Below, in pieces: positions 17,601 through 27,600 of a stretch of DNA of 64,000 nt. A program made the position numbers and the translations under genes. The notes beneath the pieces were generated by a model. It had not been told where the DNA came from. It saw nothing but the letters and a program-made list of their open reading frames with translations, and did not search any database. How positions within the stretch are numbered: position 1 is the first letter of the stretch; the number at the start of each line of letters is the position of its first letter. The stretch comes from a virus: positions 1-64,000 of the IMG/VR virus record IMGVR_UViG_3300035198_000053. One strand, written 5' to 3'.

Positions 17601-17782
17601 TGCGATTCGACAGGATCGAGCGGATGATTCTGGGCTGGACCGAGAACCCGAAACTCTGGCAGAAGGGGGTTATGATGCTGATCATGTTCGTGGGCTTCGT
17701 GATCCAGCCGATCTTCTTCCCGTTCATCCCGTTCCCGCATGCTTCGTTGATGGCGGCGTGGCAAAGCTTATGGAATAAGTAG
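17600..17782 (+). CDS. small membrane protein
   Basis: TGATG coupling; hydrophobic core. Confidence 0.55.
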   Translation: MRFDRIERMILGWTENPKLWQKGVMMLIMFVGFVIQPIFFPFIPFPHASLMAAWQSLWNK

Positions 17783-17795
17783 AGATGGTGAAAAT

Positions 17796-19421
17796 ATGAC
17801 CTATCTTGAAGCCGAGGCCCCCTTTCGATTCATTCTCGGGGCGATCTTCATTTTCCTTCTCCCAGGTCTGATCTGGAATCAGGTGTTCAGAATCAGGGCG
17901 AACCATATTTTGGAGACGATCGCGCTGTCTCTGGCGACCAGCCTAGCGGTTGAAATCTCGCTGATCCCGATTCCTTTCCTCTTCCATGAGGGCGTTTGGC
18001 TGTGGCTGGCCCTGATTTCGGCTTTCTGCATCGCTGGACTCGCGCTCCTGACCCTTAAAAGGCAAAGGCTGGCTCTTCCCTCATGGGATCTCAACTCGAT
18101 TCTATTTCTTATCGTCCTGGCCGGCCTCTCCCTCTTGACCTACCGCTGGGGGGAGAGCATCGAAAGCATAGACGGCGAGAAGATCCTGCACATGACCTAC
18201 ATCCGGTACTACTTCTCGATGCCGATGGAGCTGTCTAGGCTTGCGGTGATCCCCGGGCAGCCCCCGGCTAATCTAATCCACCTATGGGAGTTCCTGATCG
18301 CGGGGTGGGCCACGGTCTGCAGAGTGGATCCTCTATTCCTATTCAGCCGTTGCCGGTTTGTGGTCCCTTTCCTGGGGCTCTCTTCCATGTTTTTCATGGT
18401 GAAGATGATCTTCAAAGACAGGGAGAGATCGGAGGTGGTATTCTGGTCGATCCTGGCGATGTGCCTGGGCTGGTTCGTGCTCCTACCCCCCTCGAACCTG
18501 GGCTGGATAACGCAGAACGACCCGCTGAGAGGCATCTTCTCCTTCATGGGCACGACCCACCATTCGGATTCTGGAATGGAGATCCTGATCTCTCTCGACG
18601 TAGGGTTGGTCCTGCTCTGCCTGAGGGAGCCGAGATGGAGGCACCTGGCCATTCTGGCCGGCACCCTCGTGGCAACCTTCATGTGGCACGCGAGGGAGTT
18701 CTTCCAGGTCGGGATATACTTGGGTGTCTTCTGCCTGGCACTTTTGTTGCATAAATCCGGAAAGATGCGCAACGGGCTAGTTATGGTCGCGTGCATCTTC
18801 TGTCTTGTCTCGGCGTTCTTTTACATTGCCTCTCCGGTGCGCAACCATTCGGATGAAATGGGGTTTAAGGTCGCGGCCTTAGCCTACGCGGTGCGGGGAA
18901 TGTTCGATGTTCAGGAGCCGTTCCATTTCGCGAACGACGTAAGGCTGACCTACGGACTGAGCCGGGAGGAGACGGTGCCCTATGAGCAGCTTGTCCAGAC
19001 CCGCCGTAACTCCTGGAACTTCTACCCCTGGCTTATCCTTTCCGTCCTGCTCGTCCCGGTCCTGTCGATCTTCGGGGACAGGGAGGACCGTATGCTCTGC
19101 ACCTTCTACGTTCTGCTCTGGTTCATGTCCCTGATGTGGTTCTTCGGGCAGATGATGATGATCGTCCTAACGTACAGTGAGATCCTGTTCACCGCGCCGA
19201 GGATGCTCTATCTGTTCTCCTATGTGATCATCGGGTCGGGGATCTGGTGCATGGCGAAGATGAAATACGGCCCCCTGCTCGTCATCGGGGCAGGTCTGAT
19301 GTTCGGGGGGTGGTGGGCGCTCGGGGTGCCGGGGGCAAGGCAGTTCTCGCTGATAGCGCCGATATTGATGGCGGTGCCGTTTGCAAGGAGGATCAGATGG
19401 AAGATTATTGGGAACAACTAA
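17796..19421 (+). CDS. multi-pass membrane protein, probable GT-C-type transferase, N-terminal part
   Basis: More than 12 hydrophobic segments, loop IDGEKILH, located in a glycan cluster. Confidence 0.6.
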   Translation: MTYLEAEAPFRFILGAIFIFLLPGLIWNQVFRIRANHILETIALSLATSLAVEISLIPIPFLFHEGVWLWLALISAFCIAGLALLTLKRQRLALPSWDLNSILFLIVLAGLSLLTYRWGESIESIDGEKILHMTYIRYYFSMPMELSRLAVIPGQPPANLIHLWEFLIAGWATVCRVDPLFLFSRCRFVVPFLGLSSMFFMVKMIFKDRERSEVVFWSILAMCLGWFVLLPPSNLGWITQNDPLRGIFSFMGTTHHSDSGMEILISLDVGLVLLCLREPRWRHLAILAGTLVATFMWHAREFFQVGIYLGVFCLALLLHKSGKMRNGLVMVACIFCLVSAFFYIASPVRNHSDEMGFKVAALAYAVRGMFDVQEPFHFANDVRLTYGLSREETVPYEQLVQTRRNSWNFYPWLILSVLLVPVLSIFGDREDRMLCTFYVLLWFMSLMWFFGQMMMIVLTYSEILFTAPRMLYLFSYVIIGSGIWCMAKMKYGPLLVIGAGLMFGGWWALGVPGARQFSLIAPILMAVPFARRIRWKIIGNN

Positions 19422-19585
19422 TAACGGTCTGTGACAAATGTCTTACAGCTTCCTGTTGGCAAGGGCTTTTTATGTGCCGAGAATCTGAAAATGCAGGGAC
19501 TATACAAAAGACAAGACTGGACTTAAAAGCACTTCATCGAGAGCATCGGTCGTACTGGAAGACAGATAGTCAATTACAAAAGTGA
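19397..19585 (+). CDS. small AT-rich Cys-containing hypothetical protein
   Basis: GGAGG RBS; MEDYWEQLITVCDKCLTASCWQG. Confidence 0.6.
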   Translation: MEDYWEQLITVCDKCLTASCWQGLFMCRESENAGTIQKTRLDLKALHREHRSYWKTDSQLQK

Positions 19586-19594
19586 AAGGTATTT

Positions 19595-19996
19595 ATGAAA
19601 TCTCTTAAGCTCGCAATCTTGGTCCTTATCTTCTTCCTCCCCTCCATCGGCAAAGAATACCTCTCCATGGCCAAGCGGATGCTGACATCCCGCCCCCCCG
19701 TGGAGTGGGTGAAGAGGAGCCCGTTCGGGATCTCGGAGAAGTCGCTCAGGTTCTTCATGGCGTTGCCTCTTGGGCAGAAGATCTTGGTCGACCCGTTCGG
19801 AAAAGACTGCGTCTCAGTCTACGCGCCGCAGTACATGGCCGTCATCCCTGAGATCATGGGGGGAACGCTGGTCGAAATGATGCCGAGATACAGGGAGTTC
19901 AGGCAGGGGAGGCCGTGGGTGAACGAGGTGGCAGATTATGTTTTCCTTCATAACAAGGAGAAGGGGGAAGTGATTATTAAGAGGGAAACTAAATGA
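19595..19996 (+). CDS. single-TM protein, probable C-terminal part of the 17796 membrane protein
   Basis: One TM then a soluble domain; GC-rich codon style matches 17796-19421. Confidence 0.5.
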   Translation: MKSLKLAILVLIFFLPSIGKEYLSMAKRMLTSRPPVEWVKRSPFGISEKSLRFFMALPLGQKILVDPFGKDCVSVYAPQYMAVIPEIMGGTLVEMMPRYREFRQGRPWVNEVADYVFLHNKEKGEVIIKRETK

Positions 19997-20160
19997 TACC
20001 ATGTTTCCGGTGTAAAGAGGACAAGGGATTTCTGATCATGGGATTCTGCAAGGATTGCAGGCCGGATCTTCATCAAGAATTTGAATGGTGGATGTCTTTT
20101 ATGGAGAAGAAAGAGAACGAATTCGAAAGTCAGACCGGTAAGAAGTCCTTGCGAGCATGA
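19993..20160 (+). CDS. 55-aa zinc-finger-like protein
   Basis: CFRC...CKDC; ATGA-coupled. Confidence 0.55.
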   Translation: MIPCFRCKEDKGFLIMGFCKDCRPDLHQEFEWWMSFMEKKENEFESQTGKKSLRA

Positions 20161-20279
20161 TATGAATTCGAGCAGTGGCTTGAAGATAACCTTACGGATC
20201 ATGAGACTAAAAGATTGATTCTTTATGGTTATAAAAGTCAACTCGGTCGTACTCTCCTGCATTTCCCGAAAGAAAAAGC

Positions 20280-20311
20280 TTGACAAACGGTTTTGACTAT
20301 GCTAATAAACT
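20280..20311 (+). promoter_or_regulatory. candidate sigma70-type promoter
   Basis: Perfect TTGACA at 20280; TG-c-TAATAA at 17-nt spacing (imperfect -10). Confidence 0.45.
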
Positions 20312-20349
20312 TTCTAACCGCGCTTTGCGCAATTACTGTTCACTAAACT

Positions 20350-20760
20350 TTAGGCCCGCGCGATAGAGCTACAAAGAAACAGGTCCCATAAGATCGGAGA
20401 GAAAGACCATGAAATAGGTTCTTTTGAGATCTTAGCCTGGAAACGCGTGAATGGCCCCGGAGATGGGCGACAGGGAAAGTGGGATAGCAAGACTAAGCTG
20501 ATGTCTCCGGGTTGATTCTGATTTTTTCCAGCCAAAGAGGCATTGAACGGAAAAAATGTCGAAGGGAGGCCTGAGACGCTAACCCTGGCCTCCGCAGCAA
20601 ACGATAAGGGGGCGAGAAGCCCATGAGATAGGCCCGGTTGGGGAAACTTGATCGGGCCTTTTTATTTTGGGGAGCCAGCCTGCCCGCAACTGAAGTGGCT
20701 GGGGCAATACCTGACGGGCCGGGATTTAGAGCGGCGGCGGTTGCCCTCCGGCCCGTAAAT
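20350..20760 (+). ncRNA. candidate structured non-coding RNA or leader, family unassigned
   Basis: Largest gene-free gap in the window; multiple GC-rich hairpins between a promoter and terminators. Confidence 0.4.
20630..20668 (+). terminator. intrinsic terminator
   Basis: aggcccggttggg-gaaa-cttgatcgggcct followed by TTTTATTTT. Confidence 0.8.
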
Positions 20761-20761
20761 T

Positions 20762-20792
20762 AAGCCTCCCAAATCGGGGGGCTTTTTGTTTT
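20762..20792 (+). terminator. intrinsic terminator
   Basis: aagcctccc-aaatc-ggggggctt followed by a T-rich tail. Confidence 0.75.
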
Positions 20793-20803
20793 CGGAGGGG
20801 GGA

Positions 20804-21079
20804 ATGGACACAAGGACGGGCGAGATTCATACGGTGTCCCAACTGAAGGAAATCTTCAAGGGCAATACGATGACGGTCGAGGATCTTTTCGCACGGAGAT
20901 TTGATTCCCTCAAGGGGGACGCGAGATTCTACCGTCCCATGGAAGCAGCGCCTACCGAAAAACAGATGTCCCGCAGGCCTCCCAAGGTTGGCAGAAATGA
21001 GCCGTGCCCATGCGGGAGAAAAGACGAAAATGGGAAGCCGATTAAATTCAAGAAATGCTGCCTCAATTCTATAAAATAG
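20804..21079 (+). CDS. SEC-C motif protein
   Basis: KVGRNEPCPCG...KFKKCC. Confidence 0.8.
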   Translation: MDTRTGEIHTVSQLKEIFKGNTMTVEDLFARRFDSLKGDARFYRPMEAAPTEKQMSRRPPKVGRNEPCPCGRKDENGKPIKFKKCCLNSIK

Positions 21080-21080
21080 G

Positions 21081-21275
21081 ATGAGACCGATGCTAAAAAA
21101 AGGTGAGTCGCTTCTGATCGAGCAGGTATCGAACGGGTTCATAGTGAATCCTCAGACGATAACAGGCCTCACGAAAATCGAGGAGGACGTACACGTCTTC
21201 CCGGACATACAGGGCCTGAGTGATTTCCTGGCAAAGCATTTTGAGCGAGATGCGAAATTGAGGATGGTGAAATGA
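21081..21275 (+). CDS. small hypothetical protein
   Basis: IEQVSNGFIV...HVF pattern; coupled to the portal start. Confidence 0.6.
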   Translation: MRPMLKKGESLLIEQVSNGFIVNPQTITGLTKIEEDVHVFPDIQGLSDFLAKHFERDAKLRMVK

Positions 21276-24200
21276 ACCTGGCCTCTGGCACTCTTGACCG
21301 TCTGAGGAATCCACCCGCGATATCAGGCAAGGCCCAGACGGCCAGACCGAATGTGACCGTATCCGGCCCTCTTATCTCCTCTTATTACACCGCACACCAG
21401 GCGATAACTCCGCAGTGGCCATACTATGCCCTGGTGAATGCCTACAAAAGCTGGTGTTATACCTGTATTGACAAGGTCAGTAAGGCCGTAGCCATGGTCC
21501 CGAAAAAGCTCTACATTTACCGCCGCGCCGGGAAGAAGATGGTAGACCTGACCTGGCTTTCCTCGTATAAATTCAAAGCTGCGGGCAAGCCCCGGAGCCC
21601 CGCCGAGAAGAAATACTTCCTCAAGGAAATGAACCTCGAAAGAGTGGAGGTGACTGAACATCCCTTCCTGGAGTTGATGAAGCGGCCCAACGCCATGATG
21701 ACCCAGTTCTCCATCTGGTATGAGACCATGGTCAGGCTTGAGCTCGGGGGGCTCTGTGGGTGGCTGAAACTTAGGGACAAACTCGGCGTGACAAGGCAGT
21801 TGTGGCCATTGCCGCTGACCCAATTCGCGCTTCTCAAGCCGAAGGTTTCCCCTACCATGGAACTGCAGTACTGGGACTATCAGGATGGTAACATCAAGCA
21901 AAGGTTCGATCCGAAAGACATTTGCCTCTTTAAATACCCGCATCCGGCTTCCCCGTTTGAGGGAATGAGTCCCCTTATGGCGCAGACCTACCCGTACGAT
22001 ATAGACCTCTTCCTTTCCCAGCAGCAGCGGGCACTGTTCAAGAACGGCGCCTTCCCCGGCATCATACTCAACACGGATCAGGTGTGGGGTCCGGAGCAGG
22101 TGAACGAGTTCAAGGAGCAGTTCTCGGAGCAATATGAGGGGGTAAACCGGGCGGGCGGAGTTCTTGTCGGACACTCCGGTCTAAAGTTCGAGGGCATGGC
22201 CGGGACGACCGCCAGGGACGCCATGATCGATCGGGTGGCAAAGTTTGCCCGGGAAAAGCTGATTACCGCCTTCGACCTCAGCGAATCCAAAATCGGGTTG
22301 CAGGAGAACCAGAACCGCGCTTGCTATTCTGCTGACACTGAAACGTTGACTGAAAATGGATGGAAACTTTATAGCGAAATTGGGCCGGATGAAAAGATAG
22401 CCACATTTAATCCTGAGAATAATTATCTCGAATATCACAAACCAATTTCGAAGCATGTTTATCCTTATGCGGGTAAAATGATTCATTTTAAGACCAGGAC
22501 ATGTGACAGTCTCGTTACGCCCGATCACGACATCTGGGCAAGAACGTTAATGCATACGGGAGGATTCAGGAAAATTCACGCTTCCAAACTAGCGGAACGT
22601 AATGCAAAAATGAAATTTCAGGCATGTGTTAACTACGGAGGAAGAGAGCGAGCCAAGGCTATAATACCAAATGATATAGAGATTAAAATGGATACTTGGC
22701 TTGAATTCATGGGCTATTATTTGAGTGAAGGTGGACTTTCGCATTCGACAAAACCTTATCTCCTGACTCTTTCACAAAAAGATCAGATTAAAGCTGAGAA
22801 AATCGAGGCATGTCTAAAGGCACTTCCTTTTCACTGGAAACGTTATCCTATTCAAAAAGACGGCATGACACGCTGGAATGTTTATGGCAAGTCCCTATGC
22901 CAATACCTTATGGATAACGTTGGGGGATATTGTTTTGATAAAAGGATTCCTCGTGAACTCATGAACTTATCTCAGCGGCAATTGCGTATATTATTTGATG
23001 CCTTAATGTTGGGCGATGGATCATGGGATATGCGCAAGAACCGCAATTCTGGCAGCTATTATACTACATCAAAGAAGCTCGCTAATGATGTGCAAGAGTT
23101 ATCATTCAAACTTGGATATTGTGTTGGTCTAATAATAAGTAGGGATAATCGCCCGAATCGTCGAAAAGTCTATCGTTTGGTAATAAGCAATCGCAAAGAA
23201 CATACTCTTACGCCAAAGAGGCTTACCCGTACACCTTCCAGCATATATGAAATTGACTATGAAGGTCCAGTTTATTGTTTCAATGTGCCACATCATCTAT
23301 TTATTACGCGTCGTAATGGGAAGATTGGTATTCATGGGAATACGGCGGAGGTCATGGACGTGACCTTCGTCCGGGAGTGCATCCAGCCCAAGACGATGCT
23401 GATCGAGGAGGTCCTGGAGACCTTCTTCCTCACCGACTACGACGAGGGGCTGAGCCTCGACATGGAGTTGCCCGACTTCGACGACCGCGAGTTCAGGATG
23501 AAGGAGCGGGACTCGAATCTCCGCAATTTCTACTCCTCAATCAATCAGGAACGCGCGAAAGACGGGGAAGAGCCAGTCGAGTGGGGGGAGAAGCCCTGGA
23601 TCCCCTTCAGCGTGATGCAGATGGGGGAGAAACCCGAACCCGCGCTCCCAGCTCCGGAGGCCACGGGGAAATCTATTGAGAGTAAACGCTTAACCCGCGA
23701 CTTCTGGACCGAGAGGAAGAAGGACCTTTACTGGAAGATGTTCATGCGCACGCTCGACTCCTACCAGGGCATGATTGAGCGCCCGATGAAGCACTACTTC
23801 AAGGCCCTGAGGACGGAGGTCATAAACCGCCTTCACAGAAACGCCAACAAAGTGTACGGCCAGTTCAGCGGATGGTCCCGGGCGAAGGTGGAGAAGGCGC
23901 TGAAAGAGAGCAAGGCGATTCGAGACATAAACATCACCAGAGGCGTAGAGGAGAAGAAGCTTGAATCTCTCATCACGCCGGTGGTGAAATCGATTATCGC
24001 CGATGTGGGCAGGCGCAGGATAAAGGACCTCCTGGAGTCGTACAAGCTTGCGGCTACGTTCGACGAGAGCGCGGAGAGGATCACCAAGTGGCTTGGCAAT
24101 AGAATGCGGATGTTTTCCAAGGCTGTGGCCGGGACTACCTTTGACGAGATAGAAAAAATACTCAAAGAAGGATTTGCTAACGAAGATCCGGTGACCACAA

Positions 24201-24544
24201 TAGCCAGCACTATTTCGGATAAATTCGAGAGTTGGGACAAATACCGGGCGCCCTTGCTTGCACGTACAGAAACTTGTGCGTCTTTTTCGTTTGCAGATCT
24301 GGAATCCGTGAAGCAATCGGGGCTAGAAGATACACTTTTAAAGGCCTGGCTCAGTGCAAGGGACGATCATTGCAGGCCGACGCATCAGGCCGCGGATTTA
24401 AAATACAATGCCAACCCCATCGGTATTGACGAAGATTTCGAGGTCGGTGCCGATCATATGCTTTGCCCTGGAAACGGTGAGCTTGCAGAGGAAAATGTGC
24501 AGTGCCGTTGTACACAGATCTTTGTAGAAAAAGAGGGAGAGTAA
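21272..24544 (+). CDS. HK97-type portal protein with intein, fused to a MuF/SPP1 gp7-like minor head domain
   Basis: RPN, LWPL, FEGMSPL, FKNGAFP, SINQER; C-terminal ARTE, KAWLSARDDHCRPTH, VQCRC. Confidence 0.92.
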   Translation: MNLASGTLDRLRNPPAISGKAQTARPNVTVSGPLISSYYTAHQAITPQWPYYALVNAYKSWCYTCIDKVSKAVAMVPKKLYIYRRAGKKMVDLTWLSSYKFKAAGKPRSPAEKKYFLKEMNLERVEVTEHPFLELMKRPNAMMTQFSIWYETMVRLELGGLCGWLKLRDKLGVTRQLWPLPLTQFALLKPKVSPTMELQYWDYQDGNIKQRFDPKDICLFKYPHPASPFEGMSPLMAQTYPYDIDLFLSQQQRALFKNGAFPGIILNTDQVWGPEQVNEFKEQFSEQYEGVNRAGGVLVGHSGLKFEGMAGTTARDAMIDRVAKFAREKLITAFDLSESKIGLQENQNRACYSADTETLTENGWKLYSEIGPDEKIATFNPENNYLEYHKPISKHVYPYAGKMIHFKTRTCDSLVTPDHDIWARTLMHTGGFRKIHASKLAERNAKMKFQACVNYGGRERAKAIIPNDIEIKMDTWLEFMGYYLSEGGLSHSTKPYLLTLSQKDQIKAEKIEACLKALPFHWKRYPIQKDGMTRWNVYGKSLCQYLMDNVGGYCFDKRIPRELMNLSQRQLRILFDALMLGDGSWDMRKNRNSGSYYTTSKKLANDVQELSFKLGYCVGLIISRDNRPNRRKVYRLVISNRKEHTLTPKRLTRTPSSIYEIDYEGPVYCFNVPHHLFITRRNGKIGIHGNTAEVMDVTFVRECIQPKTMLIEEVLETFFLTDYDEGLSLDMELPDFDDREFRMKERDSNLRNFYSSINQERAKDGEEPVEWGEKPWIPFSVMQMGEKPEPALPAPEATGKSIESKRLTRDFWTERKKDLYWKMFMRTLDSYQGMIERPMKHYFKALRTEVINRLHRNANKVYGQFSGWSRAKVEKALKESKAIRDINITRGVEEKKLESLITPVVKSIIADVGRRRIKDLLESYKLAATFDESAERITKWLGNRMRMFSKAVAGTTFDEIEKILKEGFANEDPVTTIASTISDKFESWDKYRAPLLARTETCASFSFADLESVKQSGLEDTLLKAWLSARDDHCRPTHQAADLKYNANPIGIDEDFEVGADHMLCPGNGELAEENVQCRCTQIFVEKEGE
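22322..23341 (+). mobile_element. intein with LAGLIDADG homing endonuclease (340 aa)
   Basis: CYSADTETLTENGWK, VTPDH, FMGYYLSEG, LMLGDGS, VYCFNV...IHGN/T; AT-rich; splicing restores NRA|TAE. Confidence 0.95.
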
Positions 24545-24573
24545 ACTAAAAATCTAAAATCTATTTTTCTATT

Positions 24574-24613
24574 CCCCGAACCGCGGCGTTCCTAAAAGAG
24601 ACCGGGGTTTTTT
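24574..24613 (+). terminator. probable intrinsic terminator
   Basis: ccccg...cgggg stem followed by T6. Confidence 0.5.
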
Positions 24614-24630
24614 GTTGGAGGAAAGAGCAG

Positions 24631-27600
24631 ATGAAAGCCATCAGACTCCTGATCGTCCTTTTTTTCACCCTAGTAGTTGCCTCGACCGGGCTAGCGGAGA
24701 TGACCGACTACGGGACCGTGGATAGGAACGTCATCTACGCCCACAACAATCCCGTGCCGGTCGGCAGGATAGAGGGTACCAGAATCATGCTGGCCTCGAT
24801 CTCAGAATTCGGGTGGGCCGACTACGACGTGAAGCGCGGCGTCACAAGGATCATGACCGCAACGGCAGGGGAAGTCGGATATATGATATACGACACGCCC
24901 ACGGGCAGGACGAAGATATTCATCGACTCAGCGCTGATCGGAGGCGGGGCGACTCCGGCGGGTAGCGCGAACGACATCCAGTACAACCTGAATGGCACAG
25001 CCTTGGGTGCCTACAACAAGGTAGACACGTTAGGCAACCCGGGATCTACCAATAGCATCCCGAGCGAGTATGCGGTCAGGTCCGCGATAAGCGCGTCCGG
25101 GGGCGGGACCATAGGCGGGACGAGCGGAAGCACGGACAGGGCGATCATAATCGCCAACGGGGTTGGCGGGGCGACGATCCAGTCCTCTCTCGCGCAGATA
25201 ACGAGCGGCGGAGCCATCAATGCGGTCGGGGTCGTCTCTTCGGCGAGCGTCAATGCGCCGTCGTCCAGCATCGGGGCGGGCAACTACACATCTATTTCTG
25301 CGGTCAACGTTATTGTTTCCGGAGCCGTCAATGCGGCCACGGCCAGCATAGGGACGATCAACGCCACGACATACGCGGGGGTGAACGCGACCACCCTCCT
25401 CGGCAAGACCTGGGTGTCCCCGGGAGTGATTGGGCAGACGACCCCTGCGGCGGGGAACTTCACCAACCTCGGGGCGGGCGCGTTAAATGCGACCTCCATA
25501 GTCTCGGGCTCAATGAACTCATCCACGGCGGGGATCGGGGCCGGAAATTTCACGTCCATAATATCCGGCTCCATGAATAGCTCCACGGCGGGGATAGGCT
25601 CAGGTAACTTCACGTCTGTACTCGCCGGGACCGTGAACTCGACCAATGCGAACATAGGGGCTGGGAATTTCACCTCCGGGAACTTCGGCTCGACCTCAAT
25701 AGGGTCCGGGAATTTCTCGACCATACAGTCGGGGCCGGTCGGGGGGATCTCCACCCTCATATTGCTAGGCTCTCTGAACAGCGTCAACATAACCGCGTCT
25801 GGAGCGGTGAACGGAGCCACATCAAATATCGGGGCGGGCAACTACACGACGGTCACGGTATCCGGCTCCGGCAACTTCGGCAATGTCACATCCGGGGCTA
25901 TTAACTCCACCTCGGCCATTAATGCAACGCACCTATATTCGTCGGGAGCGTCGAACCTCTCTGGACTCCTGACAGTGGCGGGCATAAACTCTACGGCTGC
26001 GGTGAATGCCCCTAGCTTAACCTCCTCAGGTGCGGTAAACGGGGCCACGCTCTATTCTGCTGGCTCCGTCAACGGGGGCGCGGCCAATTTCCAGAGCGTG
26101 AATGCTAGTAGCTCCGGAAACTTCCTGAATGTCACGGCGGGGACTATAAACTCGACCGCGAACGTGAACGCGGTGAATCTCCTGGCCTACTCCGGCGCGG
26201 TCAACTCTTCCACGGCTAACATCGGGAGCGGGAATTTCACCTTCATAAACACGGCGGGGATGAACTCGACCGGCGCGATAAACGGTACGAACCTATTTAC
26301 CTCTGGCGCGGTCAATGCGGTCAGTTCAAATATCGGGGCGGGTAATTTCCAGACAGTGACCTCAACAGGCGCTGCTAACTTCGGGAGTGTGACGGCGGGG
26401 AGCATCAATTCTACGGGCACTCTGAATGCGGCCAACCTCTACTCCTCGGGTGCGGTCAACACGGCGACCTCGAACATAGGCGTTGGCAACTTCACGTCCG
26501 TCAAGTCGGGCGCGATCAATGGCACGGACGTCACGGCCTCGGGAGCCCTCAACGGGGCCACCGCGAACATAGGCGCCCTCAATGTTAGCTCGATCTCCTC
26601 CAACAGCGGGTTGAACGGCCTGCTCATGATGAACAACTCCGCTGGCGGAGTCAACGGTTTGCAGTGTGCGAACGGTAAGATCCCGAAGGTGACAAACGGC
26701 GTCTGGATCTGCAGCGACGACTCCACGGGCGGCACGCCAACCTTTGATGCCATAGCGAACGGGGTTAACATAAGCGCCGCGATGACGGTCAGCTCCGGGG
26801 CGAACCTCGGCTATGGCGGGACCGGTACCATAAACGCGACGCATCTTCTCGGGAGCACCTGGGCCTCTCCGGGACCAATAGGAACAACTACTGAGGGTGT
26901 GGGGAACTTCACGAACCTGGGAGCCGGGGCGATCAACGCGAGCAGCGGCAACTTCGGCGCGGCCAACGCGCAGACCCTCGGTAGCGCCTCCGCCAACATC
27001 ACAGGCCTGCTTTCGGTGGGAGCGATCAACTCAAGTGCGGCTATAAACGGGACCAACATCTACAGCAGCGGAGCAGTCAATGCGGTAACGTCTAATATAG
27101 GAACCGGCAATTACAGCATCCTGAGTGCGGGGAACATGGTTATCTCCGGCAGCGCCAATATGGGGGCAGCTCAATTCGGGACTGGTAATTTTATTTCGAT
27201 TTCTGGTGTAAATGCCACGATCACTGGCGCAGTAAATTTGGCGCGCGGCAACTACGGGGCGGGGAACTTCCAGACCGTCACCTCGGTTGGATCTGGCAAT
27301 TTCTCGAACATCACTTCTGGGGCGATCAATTCAACCTCGGCGATCAACGGCGCAAGCCTGACAGCGACAGGTGCGATCAACGGCGCGACTTTGTACTCGG
27401 CGGGATCGGTGAATGGAGGCGCTGCCAATTTCCAGACGGTGACCTCGTCCGGCGCTGCTAACTTCGCCAATGTGAGTTCGGGCGCGATCAATTCCACTTC
27501 CGCGATAAACGGCGTGAACCTCTACTCCTCGGGTGCGGCCAATATAGGGGGCTTATTGACGGTTGCGGGAGTGAATTCCACCGCTGCAATAAATACCAGC

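Noticed and set aside
20350-20760. tRNA, tmRNA, RNase P or CRISPR array in the non-coding gap
   Set aside because: No T-loop/CCA ends, no GAGGAAAGTCC, no repeat-spacer periodicity
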